A stretch of DNA of 64,000 nucleotides from an uncultured Armatimonadetes bacterium (GTDB lineage Bacteria > Armatimonadota > Hebobacteria > Hebobacterales > Hebobacteraceae). Position 1 is the stretch's first letter; each line of letters begins with the position of its first letter. A model generated the notes under the pieces. The model worked only from the letters and a program-made list of their open reading frames with translations, was not told the origin of the DNA and did not search any database. The stretch is taken from assembly GCA_963716175.1 (NCBI GenBank), contig OY970296.1, positions 1,824,001-1,888,000 of the forward strand, in the 5' to 3' direction. Both the position numbers and the translations under genes were made by a program. Below, piece after piece: positions 9,643 through 19,877 of the stretch.

Positions 9643-11025
9643 TCACTCGCCCTCAGGGGGAGCGAAGCGCTCCTCGAGACTCTCGAACCGCACGTACTCA
9701 TCCAGCCACGAGAGACGCACCACCCCGGTGGGCCCGTTGCGCTGCTTGGCCACGATGATCTCGGCAATATGGCGGTCACTCTCGAGATAGCCGGCGGCGC
9801 GCAGCTCCTGGTCGCCATAGTAGGCGGGACGGTAGATGAAAGCCACCACGTCCGCCTCCTGCTCGATCGATCCGCTTTCCCGCAGGTCGGAGAGCAGCGG
9901 CCTGCGGGGATGGCCCCGCGCCTCCACCGCCCGGCTGAGCTGGGACAGAGCCACGATCGGCACTCTCAGCTCGCGGCCCAGCGCCTTCAGTGCCCGCGCC
10001 ACCTGGGAGATCTCCTGGTTGCGGTTCTCGAAGCGGCCGTACCCGGACACGAGCTGGAGGTAGTCCACGATGATCAGGCCCAGGCCGTGCTCGGCCCGCA
10101 GCCGCCGCGCCTTGCCCCGCATTTGCAGCACAGTCATGGTGGCGGTATCGTCCAGGTACATGGGGGCCTTGTAGAGCTCGCTGGCGGCGATGGCGATGCG
10201 ATCCATGTCGCCCCGCTCGAGATAGCCCTGCCTGACGCTCTGCTGGTTCACCCGCGCCTCCGAGCAGAGCAGGCGGAGGGCCAACTGCTCCTTCGCCATC
10301 TCCAGGCTGAAAAGGGCGACGGTCTTGTTCTGGGTCCTGGCCACGTAGCTGGCGATGTTCGCCGCCAGGGCCGTCTTCCCCATGGAGGGGCGAGCCGCGA
10401 TCACCACCAGGTCCGAGGGCTGCAGCCCCGAGGTCAGGCTGTCCAAGTCGTCGTACCCGGTGCTCAGGCCCGTGCCCGGCCGGTGACTCTCCTGCATCTC
10501 GTCAATGCGATCATAGGTCTCGCCCAGCAGATCGCGGATGGGGGTGAAGGCCGGGGTGATGGTGCGCTCGCCGACTGAGAACAGCTCCTGCTCACACCGG
10601 TCCACGATGGCTTCCACGTCCTCGTCGCCCGGCGACTGGGCCAGCTCGCGGATTTCCCCAGCAGCCCGGATCAGCCCCCGCAGGGTGGCCTTCTCGCGCA
10701 CGATGCGGGCGTAGTGGGCGACACCCGCGGCGGTGGGGGCGGCCTCCTGCAGGGTCAGCAGATAGGAGGTGCCGCCGACCTGCTCGAGCTGGCCGCGATC
10801 CTGCAACCGCGCCTGGAGCGTCACCAGATCCACTGGCTCGCTGTCGTTGAACAGGTCCACCATGGCGCGGTAGAGCATCTGATGCTGCGGGTTGTAGAAG
10901 TCATCTGGCTCCAGCAGGTCCACCACCCGCGCGATCGCCTCCCGCTCCATCAGCATTGCGCCCAGGGTGGCCTGCTCGGCCTCCAGGCTCTGCGGAGGGA
11001 TACGTTCCAGCAGCGGCGCGCTCAT
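9643..11025 (-). CDS. dnaB: Replicative DNA helicase
   Basis: PPQSLEAEQ, AARPSMGKT, SLEM, DYLQL, LSDLRESGSIEQEAD, KQRNGP. Confidence 0.97.
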   Translation of the reverse strand: MSAPLLERIPPQSLEAEQATLGAMLMEREAIARVVDLLEPDDFYNPQHQMLYRAMVDLFNDSEPVDLVTLQARLQDRGQLEQVGGTSYLLTLQEAAPTAAGVAHYARIVREKATLRGLIRAAGEIRELAQSPGDEDVEAIVDRCEQELFSVGERTITPAFTPIRDLLGETYDRIDEMQESHRPGTGLSTGYDDLDSLTSGLQPSDLVVIAARPSMGKTALAANIASYVARTQNKTVALFSLEMAKEQLALRLLCSEARVNQQSVRQGYLERGDMDRIAIAASELYKAPMYLDDTATMTVLQMRGKARRLRAEHGLGLIIVDYLQLVSGYGRFENRNQEISQVARALKALGRELRVPIVALSQLSRAVEARGHPRRPLLSDLRESGSIEQEADVVAFIYRPAYYGDQELRAAGYLESDRHIAEIIVAKQRNGPTGVVRLSWLDEYVRFESLEERFAPPEGE

Positions 11026-11042
11026 CCCCAGGGTTCTCCTCT

Positions 11043-11507
11043 TCAGGCCTCGCCGGCCTCTTCCTCGGGCTCGACCTCAATCCGGAGCGTGGCCTGGACG
11101 TCCTGGTGCAGGTGAACGCTGGCCTCGTGGGAGCCGAGCATCTTGATGGGGTGGGGGAAAGTGATGCTGCGCCGATCCACTTCCAGGCCATGCTCGGCCG
11201 CCAGCGCCTCCGCCACCATGGCGTTGGTGATGGAGCCATAGAGCCGTCCCGCCTCCCCGGCCTTGGCCTTCAGCCGGAGGGTGATCCCGGCCACTCGCTC
11301 CGCCACCGTGGAGGCGGTGCGCGCCTCCCGCTGCTGCCGCACTTTGATCAGCGCGCGATGCTGCTCCAGGTTCTTGAGGTTGCCGGCAGTGGCGGCGATG
11401 GCCAGCTTGCGCGGGAGGAGGAAGTTCCGGGCGTAGCCGTCCGCGACCGTCGCCACCGCGCCGGCCTCACCGACGCCCTGGACGTTCTGCAGCAGGATAA
11501 CCTTCAT
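11043..11507 (-). CDS. rplI: 50S ribosomal protein L9
   Basis: [26 protein letters not shown]. Confidence 0.96.
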   Translation of the reverse strand: MKVILLQNVQGVGEAGAVATVADGYARNFLLPRKLAIAATAGNLKNLEQHRALIKVRQQREARTASTVAERVAGITLRLKAKAGEAGRLYGSITNAMVAEALAAEHGLEVDRRSITFPHPIKMLGSHEASVHLHQDVQATLRIEVEPEEEAGEA

Positions 11508-11691
11508 CGCCGCCTCCGTGTGAGCCCCTGGTACCAGCCCCGCATTATACAGCCTCGCGGTGACAAGGGAAAGATTGAGCCGTTGAGGTAACTGCTTCCC
11601 CTCTGCTCTGCCGCGCGCCTCCCCCCGCGCAATGGCCTTCGCTCGCGGCGCGCGATCTCCTTTCCGCCCTCTGCCTCATCCCGCGGTCCGC

Positions 11692-12135
11692 TCAGGGATA
11701 GGGAAAAGAAGGAACGCCGCCGATGAACACCACTTTCCAGGCACCCTCTTCCCTCACCAGAGTGAAGCCCGCCTCGGCCGGGTCTTCGACCAGCGGGACC
11801 GTCACTATGACCCTGCCCTCTCCGCTCGTCTTCTCGCTCGCACCTGCCAGATCATAGCTGGGCACACCACTCTTCTCACTCAGGGAAACGAACTCTTCAT
11901 AGGGGTGGGCCTGCTGGGAGGCGCTCGAGAGATGACGGTAGGCCGCGAGGAAATCCTTCTTCTCGAGCGCGCCCAGGTAGGCGGCCACCACCTGGGTCGG
12001 CGAGCTGGACTGCGGCTTCGGCGGAGGGGTCGGCGCGGGCGCCCGGGGCGGCTGAGACATGGGGTATCTGAGGATGGCCACCACCACGACGGCGGCCGCG
12101 ATCAGCAGGATGAGCAGGGCGAGACGCGTCCTCAT
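11692..12135 (-). CDS. Membrane-anchored hypothetical protein, Pro-rich linker and NTF2-like domain
   Basis: N-terminal TM helix; FTLVREEGAWKV; overlaps larC stop. Confidence 0.6.
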   Translation of the reverse strand: MRTRLALLILLIAAAVVVVAILRYPMSQPPRAPAPTPPPKPQSSSPTQVVAAYLGALEKKDFLAAYRHLSSASQQAHPYEEFVSLSEKSGVPSYDLAGASEKTSGEGRVIVTVPLVEDPAEAGFTLVREEGAWKVVFIGGVPSFPYP

Positions 12136-13313
12136 GCGGCTCCCCCCTGCGGCCGGCCCGCGCCAAAGGCTTGCTGGGCCGCCTGGTAGACGGCCTTCAC
12201 CGGCACCCCGGCCTGCTGCGCCAGCCGCCGGCAGTCCTCGTACTCCGGAGCCGCGGTCACGATCTCAGGCCCGATTTTGCCGACCTTCACCCGCACCCGA
12301 CCATACTGGGTCTCGACCTCTCGCCATTCCCGCTCCAGGCACCGCCGCGAGACCTGGTAGCGCCGCACGCCCAGGGTCGTGGTCTCCCGGAAGATGATCT
12401 CGCTCAGGCCATCCGCCAGGGCCGGCTCGGCGAGCACCGATACCAGCGCCGCCGGCCGCGACTTCTTCATCACGATGGGGGTGTAGAAAACATCCAGGGC
12501 GCCGGCCGCGAAGAGCCCATCCATGAGATACTCGAAGAACTCCGGGTTCATGTCATCGAGGTTCGTCTCCAGCACCACCAGGCCCTGCTCCAGGAGCTGT
12601 GCTCTGGTCTCGCCGACGAAAATGCGGAGCAGGTTGGGATGAGGGAGATCGCGGCTGCCCGCGCCACAGCCGACCCTGCGCACGGTCATGGCCGGCATGG
12701 GCCCGAAGGACCGGCAGATGGTGGTGAGAATCGCGGCGCCGGTGGGAGTCACCAGCTCCGCCTCCACCGGGCCGCCGTAGACTGGAACCTCCCTCAGCAG
12801 CTCTGCTGTCGCGGGCGCGGGCACCGGCAGGCGGCCATGTGCGGTCTCCACCCAGCCGCCGCCCAATGGCAGGGGCGAGGCGTGCACCTCAGTGATGCTC
12901 AGGCGATGCAACCCGCAGCAGGCCCCGACCACATCCACGATCGCGTCCACCGCGCCCACTTCGTGGAAGTGGATCTCGTCCAGCCGCCGGTTGTGAACCC
13001 GGGCCTCCGCCTCTGCCAGGCGTGTGAAGGCCCTGCTCGCGGGCTGGGCAACCTGCTGGGGCAGGCTGGCGCGATCAATGATGCTGAGGATGTCCTGCAG
13101 GCCCCGGTTCACCTGCTCGGGGCCAACCGAAACCACCGCCCGCGTGGCCGCAAGGCCCTGCCTGGTGACCTTCTCCGCGGTCACCTCATAGCCGGACAGG
13201 GGTAGACGCGCGAGGTCGGCGCGGAGGTCGTCCAGTGACAGCCCGGCGTCGAGCAGCGCGCCCAACAGCATGTCGCCGGAGATCCCGGAGAAGCAGTCGA
13301 GGTAGGCGATCAC
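12132..13313 (-). CDS. larC: Nickel-pincer cofactor nickel insertase LarC
   Basis: YLDCFSGISGDM, IHFHEVGAVDAIVD, HGRLPVPAPAT, ETNLDD, MKKSRP, ETTTLGVR, PEYEDC. Confidence 0.94.
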   Translation of the reverse strand: MIAYLDCFSGISGDMLLGALLDAGLSLDDLRADLARLPLSGYEVTAEKVTRQGLAATRAVVSVGPEQVNRGLQDILSIIDRASLPQQVAQPASRAFTRLAEAEARVHNRRLDEIHFHEVGAVDAIVDVVGACCGLHRLSITEVHASPLPLGGGWVETAHGRLPVPAPATAELLREVPVYGGPVEAELVTPTGAAILTTICRSFGPMPAMTVRRVGCGAGSRDLPHPNLLRIFVGETRAQLLEQGLVVLETNLDDMNPEFFEYLMDGLFAAGALDVFYTPIVMKKSRPAALVSVLAEPALADGLSEIIFRETTTLGVRRYQVSRRCLEREWREVETQYGRVRVKVGKIGPEIVTAAPEYEDCRRLAQQAGVPVKAVYQAAQQAFGAGRPQGGAA

Positions 13314-14071
13314 CGCCCCCGCTCCCGCTTCATCAACAAAGCCGCGAAATAGCCGGCCCCAAACCCATTGTCAATGTTCACCACCGTCACCCCGGCGGCG
13401 CAGGAGTTGAGCATGGTGAGCAGGGCCGCGAGCCCCTGGAAGCTCGCTCCATACCCGACCGAGGTGGGAACCGCGATCACCGGCGCCGACACCAGGCCGC
13501 CCACCACGCTCGCCAGCGCCCCCTCCATGCCGGCCACCACGATGATGATGCCCGCCCGCGCCAGCGCCTCCTGGTGGCCGAGCAGGCGATGCAGGCCGGC
13601 CACGCCCACATCGTGGATGCGCTCCACCCGGCAGCCCATGGTCTCGGCAGTCACCGCCGCCTCCTCGGCCACCGGAAGGTCGGCGGTGCCCGCGGTGACC
13701 ACCGCCAGCGGCCGCGCCCGCGGCGAAGGCCGGGCCGGCTTGCCGATCACTATGATGCGCGCGGCCTCGTGGTAGACCGCGCCCGGAAAGGCCTCCGCCG
13801 CGGCGGCGTAGGTCTCATTGGAGCAGCGCGTGGCCAGCACCACGTGGTGGCGCTTGGCGATCTGCCGGGCGATCTTGATCACCTGGTCATCGGTCTTCCC
13901 GGCGCAGTAGATCACCTCCGGGAAGCCGGTTCGCAGCTCGCGATGGTGGTCCACCTTGGCGAAGCCCAGGTCCTCGAAGGGCAGGGAGCGCAAGCGCTCC
14001 ACCGCCTCTGCCACCGCCACGCGCCCGGCGCGGACGTCGCGCAGCAACCTGGAGAGCTGCCGCTCGGTCAC
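13310..14071 (-). CDS. larB: Nickel-pincer cofactor biosynthesis protein LarB
   Basis: DHHRELRTGFPEVI, DVGVAGLHRL, AGMEGAL, PTSVGYG, VNIDNGFGAG. Confidence 0.94.
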   Translation of the reverse strand: MTERQLSRLLRDVRAGRVAVAEAVERLRSLPFEDLGFAKVDHHRELRTGFPEVIYCAGKTDDQVIKIARQIAKRHHVVLATRCSNETYAAAAEAFPGAVYHEAARIIVIGKPARPSPRARPLAVVTAGTADLPVAEEAAVTAETMGCRVERIHDVGVAGLHRLLGHQEALARAGIIIVVAGMEGALASVVGGLVSAPVIAVPTSVGYGASFQGLAALLTMLNSCAAGVTVVNIDNGFGAGYFAALLMKRERGR

Positions 14072-14132
14072 AGCCGCGGTCCTGTTGGGTGGGCATACCC
14101 AGGCCCGCCTGTTGTCACGTTCTGCCAGCCCT

Positions 14133-14792
14133 TCACCCCAGCGCCTCCCGATACTCCCTCAACCTTTGGCTGACGGGCCGGTGGTTGAACAGACCCGCAC
14201 CAGTGACAAAGTCGCTGGCGCCCACCTCGGCCAGGGATTTGATATTCTCGGGCGCCACTCCCCCATCCACCATGATCCTGATCTCGCGCTGCGTGTGCGC
14301 CAGCAGCTTGCTCAGAGCCTCGATCTTCCGGATGGAGGCGGGGATGAACTCTTGCCCCGAGAAGCCGGGGTTGACCGACATCACCAGCACGTACTCGATG
14401 TCATCCAGCACCCACTCAATCGCCTCTATCGGGGTGGCCGGGTTGATCGCCACCCCTGGCAGCGCGCCCAGGCCTCTGATATGAGTCAGCGACCTCTGCA
14501 AGTGGCCGCCGATCTCGGGGTGCACGGAGACCCGGTTGGCGCCGGCCTCGATGACGGCCGGGGCCACCACATCGGGCTGAGTGACCATCAAGTGGGCGTC
14601 GAAGGGGAGATCGGTGAGGGGCCGCACGGAGCGGATGAAATCCGCCCCCAGGGTGATATTGGGGACGAAGTTGCCATCCATGACATCGAAGTGCAGCCCG
14701 TCCACGCCCGCCTGCACCACCTTCTCCACCTCGGCGGCGAGACAGGAGAGGTCACTGGCGATCATGGAGGGGAAGAGACGGCACTTTTGCAT
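14133..14792 (-). CDS. rpe: Ribulose-phosphate 3-epimerase
   Basis: HFDVMDGNFVPN, DAHLM, MSVNPGFSGQ, VDGG. Confidence 0.95.
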   Translation of the reverse strand: MQKCRLFPSMIASDLSCLAAEVEKVVQAGVDGLHFDVMDGNFVPNITLGADFIRSVRPLTDLPFDAHLMVTQPDVVAPAVIEAGANRVSVHPEIGGHLQRSLTHIRGLGALPGVAINPATPIEAIEWVLDDIEYVLVMSVNPGFSGQEFIPASIRKIEALSKLLAHTQREIRIMVDGGVAPENIKSLAEVGASDFVTGAGLFNHRPVSQRLREYREALG

Positions 14793-14853
14793 ACTCGCCT
14801 CCGGTCACGGCGAACCTTCGACAGGCCGGAAGCACCGTCCTGCCTCCGCGGCG

Positions 14854-15912
14854 CTACCGGAGCGCCATCTGCGCGGCCAGCACGATCGCTTCCACCATGC
14901 TCGTCGGGTCGGCGAGGCCCTTGCCGGCAATGTCGAAAGCGGTGCCATGGTCAACCGAGGTGCGGATGATGGGCAGGCCGAGGGTGAGGTTCACGCCGCT
15001 GAAGCGTGCTCGACCTTTCTGCCGGGAAGAGGGGGGCGTGGGAACGCCCACCCTACACACCTCCGGCACGAAGCCGACTGTCTTCACCGCGATGTGGCCA
15101 TGGTCGTGCACCATCGCCACCACCGCGTCGAACTCCCCCGCGCGCTGCCGCGCGAACACGGTATCAGGCGGCAGAGGCCCGATGGCGTCAATGCCCTCGG
15201 CCCGCGCGTCGGCGACTGCGGGTGCGATCTCGCGAATCTCCTCATCGCCGAACAGCCCGGACTCGCCCGCATGTGGGTTGAGGCCGGCGACGGCGATGCG
15301 GCGGCGCGGCAACTTCATGCGCCGCAGGCCCTCATCCGTCAGCCGGATCACGGATAGCACCCGCTCTCTCTTCACGCGATCGCAGGCCTGGCGGAGAGAG
15401 AGGTGGGTAGTGACATGGGAGATACGCATGCTGCCAAGAACCAGCAGCATCGCCACCTCGCAGCCGCCGCAGAGCGAGGCCAGCATCTCAGTATGCCCGG
15501 GATAGGGCAGGCCGGCAAGCCGGAGCGCCTCCTTGTTGATCGGCGCGGTGACTATCCCGGCGACCTCGCCGCTCCGCGCCAGCTCGACCGCGCGGGTGAT
15601 GCACTGGGCCGCGGCGCGGCCTGCGGCGGCCGATACTCGGCCAATGGGGATGGTATCGGGGTCGGCGTTGGCGAGGTCGAGCAGACAGACTCGCTCCCGA
15701 TAGCGCCCGGCCTCCGCCGCACTCGTCACCACCCGGGCCGGGAACCGCCGCCCCAACACTGCGGCCGCCTGCCGCAGCACCCGAGCATCACCGAGCACCA
15801 GCGGGCGGCAGGCCCCGCGCACCGCGGGCTTTGCCAGCGCGGCCACCACCACCTCCGGGCCGATGCCCGCCGGGTCGCCCATGGTGATCGCCAGCAGAGG
15901 TCGCTCGCCCAT
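14854..15912 (-). CDS. pdxA: PdxA-family dehydrogenase (probably PdxA2 type)
   Basis: TMGDPAGIGPE, GHTE, LNPHAGE, HDHGHIAVK, RTSVDHGTAFDIAGKG; coupled to a DUF1537-type kinase. Confidence 0.9.
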   Translation of the reverse strand: MGERPLLAITMGDPAGIGPEVVVAALAKPAVRGACRPLVLGDARVLRQAAAVLGRRFPARVVTSAAEAGRYRERVCLLDLANADPDTIPIGRVSAAAGRAAAQCITRAVELARSGEVAGIVTAPINKEALRLAGLPYPGHTEMLASLCGGCEVAMLLVLGSMRISHVTTHLSLRQACDRVKRERVLSVIRLTDEGLRRMKLPRRRIAVAGLNPHAGESGLFGDEEIREIAPAVADARAEGIDAIGPLPPDTVFARQRAGEFDAVVAMVHDHGHIAVKTVGFVPEVCRVGVPTPPSSRQKGRARFSGVNLTLGLPIIRTSVDHGTAFDIAGKGLADPTSMVEAIVLAAQMALR

Positions 15913-17168
15913 CAGGCGGCTCCCTCGGCGCTGGCGCGCCGCCCCAGATAGTCGAGAAGCTGGACGACCGCTTGCTCGTCTCCCGCCGCGCCTGGCTTGA
16001 GGGCCACCGGGCGCCCGGCAAGATCGCCACTGACCGCCAAGCCCGCGGCCATCCCCGGCAGTGGCTCGTCCTCGATCTCAACCGCCTCCGTTCCCAAGGC
16101 CTCCAGCACAGCCTGCGCGGTGGACCCTCCGCCGACCAGCAGACCGCGCGCGCCGGCCTCCCTGATCACGACGAAGGCGAGATGGGCGAGGTGCTCCACC
16201 ACCAGCTCGACCGGCCGCTCCACCTCCGGCAGCGGCCCAGAGGCGTAGACGATCACATTCCGGCCCGCGGCCAGCTCGTTCGCGGCCGCCTCTATTGCTC
16301 GCCGCAGCTCTGGCACCGGCTGGTCCTCGCGCGTGAGGTTCTGGGAACGGAACGGGATGGTGGTGGAGCCTGCTCTGGCCGCGGCCCCGATCTGAAAAGG
16401 CAGCACCTCGCTGGAGCTGGCCAGCACCGCCAGCACCGGGGCCGCGCGCTCACCCGGCAACCTGCGAGAGGCCGGTAGGCCGAAGAGCCGGCGGCCGAGC
16501 GCGGCCGCCAACCCGGCGGAGCCGGCCAGCGCCGGCAGCGGGTCGAGGGAGAGCGCGACCTCTGCGATCAGGTCCAGATCGGCGTCCGTTTCCGCGTCCA
16601 TCACCAGCACACCGCGGCTGGGGAGGCTGGCATGGATGGCAAGTCTTCCCGCTCGTACCACCGACAGCGGGCACAAGAAGGTCTCCAGGTCCTCGCGCTG
16701 GCGGCGCAGCAGGGCCATCACGTCGGACTCGGTTACCGGCGCCTCGGGGTCACGCCCCATCTCGGTCTCGGCCACCGGAGTCTCGCACACCAGGCAGATC
16801 CCACCCACGATGGTCCGCTCCCGCGCCGGGAAAGCGGGTGCGAACAGAACCGGCCGTCCCACCGCATCCGCCAGCGCGGCCAGCTCCGCGCCGACGTTGC
16901 CGCGGAGGTTCGAGTCTACTTTGTTGTAGATCAGATCGGCTCCCGCCCCTGCCAGCGCGCCAATGCTGGTGTGCACGAGCTGGTAGACCTGATCCGGCGG
17001 GCAAGCGCGCGAGTTGGTGGTGACGGCGAACGCGCGTCGGCCCGGCGGCGTCCGCGGTGCAGCGTCCAACGACACCGCCGCCGGCGAGCCCGGCCGGGCC
17101 AGGGCGGCGGCGGTGTCAGCCGCACCGGTCAGGTCGTCTGCGGTGATGCCCACGGTCAGGTCGGCCAT
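15912..17168 (-). CDS. Four-carbon acid sugar kinase family protein (DUF1537)
   Basis: ADDLTGAAD, KVDSNLRGN, PAFP, GSAGLA, GGSTA. Confidence 0.85.
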   Translation of the reverse strand: MADLTVGITADDLTGAADTAAALARPGSPAAVSLDAAPRTPPGRRAFAVTTNSRACPPDQVYQLVHTSIGALAGAGADLIYNKVDSNLRGNVGAELAALADAVGRPVLFAPAFPARERTIVGGICLVCETPVAETEMGRDPEAPVTESDVMALLRRQREDLETFLCPLSVVRAGRLAIHASLPSRGVLVMDAETDADLDLIAEVALSLDPLPALAGSAGLAAALGRRLFGLPASRRLPGERAAPVLAVLASSSEVLPFQIGAAARAGSTTIPFRSQNLTREDQPVPELRRAIEAAANELAAGRNVIVYASGPLPEVERPVELVVEHLAHLAFVVIREAGARGLLVGGGSTAQAVLEALGTEAVEIEDEPLPGMAAGLAVSGDLAGRPVALKPGAAGDEQAVVQLLDYLGRRASAEGAA

Positions 17169-17262
17169 CAGCGACCTGTTCGGCGCGGCGGCAGTCCTGA
17201 CCTGTCCCAGGGCAGGAGCAGCTTGTTCCGGCGACGAATTGTCGCGGCGGGACGGAGGCTCG

Positions 17263-17976
17263 GTGAGCGGAGATCTGGCGATCTTGTACCAGGTGCAGCA
17301 GCTTGACAGCGAGGCCGCCCGGCTGCGGGAGACGCTGGCCGCGCTGGACAGCGGCGAGGACCTGGAGGCCGAGGTGGCGGCAGCGGAGTCGGAGCTGGCC
17401 GCGCTGCTTGGGCGCCACCGCAGCACCGAGAAGGAATCGCTCGACTGTGAACTGGAGCTGAAGACCCTGGAGGAGAAGAAGGCGAAGTTTCAAGGCCAGC
17501 TCTACAGCGGAGCGATCAGGAACCCGAGACAGCTCTCCGACCTACAGGGCGAAGTGGAGATGCTGGCCCGGGAGATCGGGAAGGTCGAGGACCGGAGCCT
17601 GGAGCTCATGGATAGCCTGGAGCGGGAGCGGTCGGAGATCAGGGATAGGGAGACGCAGGTCGGCGAGATGCGGGAGCAGCTGGTCTCGGTGCGCACCAAG
17701 TACGAGGGCGCTGGGGCCCGGCTGCGGGCGGAGATCGGCGAACTGGAGCAGCGCCGCGGCGAGATGGCGGCCCAGGTTCCGCCTCAGCTGCTGAAGCGGT
17801 ACGAGCAGATCCGAGCGCGCCAGGGCAACCTGGGCTTGGTGAAGGTGACCGCGGATACCTGCCCCGGGTGCCGCATCGCCCTGCCGTCTGAGACGCTCAA
17901 GGCGCTCAAGGCCGGGACCCGGCTCAGCACCTGTGAGAACTGCGGGCGGCTTCTCTTCTGGGACGGCTCCGACTGA
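17263..17976 (+). CDS. Coiled-coil protein with C4 zinc ribbon (DUF164 type)
   Basis: Long coiled coil; CPGC...CENCGRLL. Confidence 0.85.
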   Translation: MSGDLAILYQVQQLDSEAARLRETLAALDSGEDLEAEVAAAESELAALLGRHRSTEKESLDCELELKTLEEKKAKFQGQLYSGAIRNPRQLSDLQGEVEMLAREIGKVEDRSLELMDSLERERSEIRDRETQVGEMREQLVSVRTKYEGAGARLRAEIGELEQRRGEMAAQVPPQLLKRYEQIRARQGNLGLVKVTADTCPGCRIALPSETLKALKAGTRLSTCENCGRLLFWDGSD

Positions 17977-18047
17977 ACTGCCAGGCGGGGCGACCGCCCC
18001 TGTTGGGCAGGGGCTGGCGCCAGCCTTGGCGCCGACGGAGGACACCA

Positions 18048-18881
18048 GTGAAGGATGTAGCAGCCAGCGCTGACACGCGTGGGATCACGGTTCAGCTGGT
18101 CGGGGTGAAGGACGTGCATCTGCCAGTTCGCGTCCGCCGCAAGGGTGCGGGATTCGACAGCGTGCTGGCCCGCATTGAGCTGGGGGTGGAGTTGCCGCAT
18201 CACTTCCGCGGCACCCACATGAGCCGCTTCGTGGACATCCTCTTCCGCTGGAGCCAGAAGCCGATCAGCAAGCCCGACCTGAAGGAGATGCTGCGGGAGG
18301 CCTGCGAGCGACTGGAGGCCCGCCGCGCGCAGATCGCGGTGGACTTCAAGTACTTCATCAATAAGCGGGCCCCGGTGAGCCGGAGTGAGAGCGCGCTCGA
18401 TTACGACTGCCGGTTCGAGGGCGTGCTGGAGGGGGAGGACTACCAGTTCACCCTGGGCGTGGAGGTGCCGGTCACCATCTGCTGCCCTTGCAGCAAGGAG
18501 ATTTCTCGCTATGGCGCTCATAGCCAGCGCGCCGTGATCAAGGCCAGGCTGCGCTATCGGCCGGATGTGATGGTGTGGATCGAGGATCTGGTGTCCATGC
18601 TCGAGAGCCAGGGCAGTGCTGAGATCTTCACTCTGCTGAAGCGGGAAGATGAGAAGTTCGTGACTGAGGCCGCCTACAAAGCCAGCAAGTTCGTGGAGGA
18701 CGTGGTGCGGGACGCGGTCGGGCTGCTGCGCGCCGACCCTCGCGTCACCTGGTTTCAGTTGAGCTGTGAGAGCCTGGAATCTATCCACAACCATACGGTG
18801 TATGCCTTCCAAGAGGAGAAGGTGCGGAGCGCCAGCGCGGCCCAGGCCGCACAGGGGGCGGAGGCGAGCGAGGGAGCATGA
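18048..18881 (+). CDS. folE2: GTP cyclohydrolase I type FolE2
   Basis: GTHMSRF, CPCSKEIS, GAHSQR, LKREDEK, FVED, ESIHNH. Confidence 0.94.
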   Translation: MKDVAASADTRGITVQLVGVKDVHLPVRVRRKGAGFDSVLARIELGVELPHHFRGTHMSRFVDILFRWSQKPISKPDLKEMLREACERLEARRAQIAVDFKYFINKRAPVSRSESALDYDCRFEGVLEGEDYQFTLGVEVPVTICCPCSKEISRYGAHSQRAVIKARLRYRPDVMVWIEDLVSMLESQGSAEIFTLLKREDEKFVTEAAYKASKFVEDVVRDAVGLLRADPRVTWFQLSCESLESIHNHTVYAFQEEKVRSASAAQAAQGAEASEGA

Positions 18882-19819
18882 GCGCGGTGCCTTCCCACAA
18901 GGTCACCGTCATCGGCGGCGCCGGGCGCGTGGGCGCCACCACCTGCTATGCGCTGCAACTGGGCCGCACCTGCCACGAGATCGTGCTCGTGGACGCGGCC
19001 GCCGAGGCCGCCCACGGCGAGGCCCTCGACCTGACCCACGGCCGCGCCGCGGCCGGCGGGCCCAGCATTCGCGCCGGTGATTACGGAGCAGTCAGCGGCT
19101 CTGATGTGGTGGTGGTGACGGCCGGGCTGCGGCGTCGGCCCGAGGAGTCGCGGCTCCACCTGATCGAGCGCAACGCCGCCCTCTTCCGGGAGATCATCGG
19201 GAACCTGAGAAGCTGCGACCTGGCGCTCGACACCGTATTGCTGGTGGTGACCAATCCCGTAGACGTCTTGACCTATCTGGCGGCCACGGAGCTGGGGTGG
19301 CCACCCCGGCGCGCCATCGGCCTGGGCACAGTGCTCGACACCCTGCGGTTCCGCTCTCTGCTGGCAGAGCGATTGGGGCTGGAGCCGACCAAGGTAGAGG
19401 GTTACATCCTGGGCGAGCACGGCGACTCCATGGTGCCGATCTTCTCCTCCCTCCGCTATGACGGCGCGCCCATCTCATCTGCGCGCGGCTATTCCCGGGA
19501 GGCGGTCCAGGAGGCCTTCACCGCCACTCACGGCGCGGGGGCGCAGGCGCTGCGGCTCAAGGGCGGCGCCGGCTATGCCGTGGGACTCGCAGTGCGGGAG
19601 GTGGTGACGGCGATACTGGAGGACCGGGGCGAAGTGGTGCCCGTCTCGACCCTTCACGTCGCCGGGGAGTTCGCAGGGGTGGCGTTCAGCCTCCCGACCC
19701 GGGTGGGCCGGCAGGGAGTGCAGGAAGTGCTGTCCCTCCCCATGTCGGAGGAGGAGCACAAGGGATTGCTCCACAGCGCCGAAGTGCTCCGCGAGACCAT
19801 CGCCAGCCTGCACCCGTAG
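18878..19819 (+). CDS. Lactate/malate dehydrogenase family, Arg at specificity position (MDH-like)
   Basis: GGAGRVG, TAGLRRRP..SRL, TNPVD, LDTLRF, GEHGDS. Confidence 0.85.
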   Translation: MSAVPSHKVTVIGGAGRVGATTCYALQLGRTCHEIVLVDAAAEAAHGEALDLTHGRAAAGGPSIRAGDYGAVSGSDVVVVTAGLRRRPEESRLHLIERNAALFREIIGNLRSCDLALDTVLLVVTNPVDVLTYLAATELGWPPRRAIGLGTVLDTLRFRSLLAERLGLEPTKVEGYILGEHGDSMVPIFSSLRYDGAPISSARGYSREAVQEAFTATHGAGAQALRLKGGAGYAVGLAVREVVTAILEDRGEVVPVSTLHVAGEFAGVAFSLPTRVGRQGVQEVLSLPMSEEEHKGLLHSAEVLRETIASLHP

Positions 19820-19860
19820 CGCGGGCATTCCCGCCAGAGGCGGGTGAACCCATGCCCGCC
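19816..19860 (+). repeat. REP-like element with nested palindrome
   Basis: GTAG (supplies stop) + gcgggcat...atgcccgc enclosing cccgcc-aga-ggcggg. Confidence 0.6.
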
Positions 19861-19877
19861 ATCTGAGGAGGCCGCCC

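Noticed and set aside
6966-9758. 930-aa plus-strand ORF and many other long overlapping ORFs
   Set aside because: Antisense shadows of prs/purD and other real genes in GC-rich DNA; no motifs
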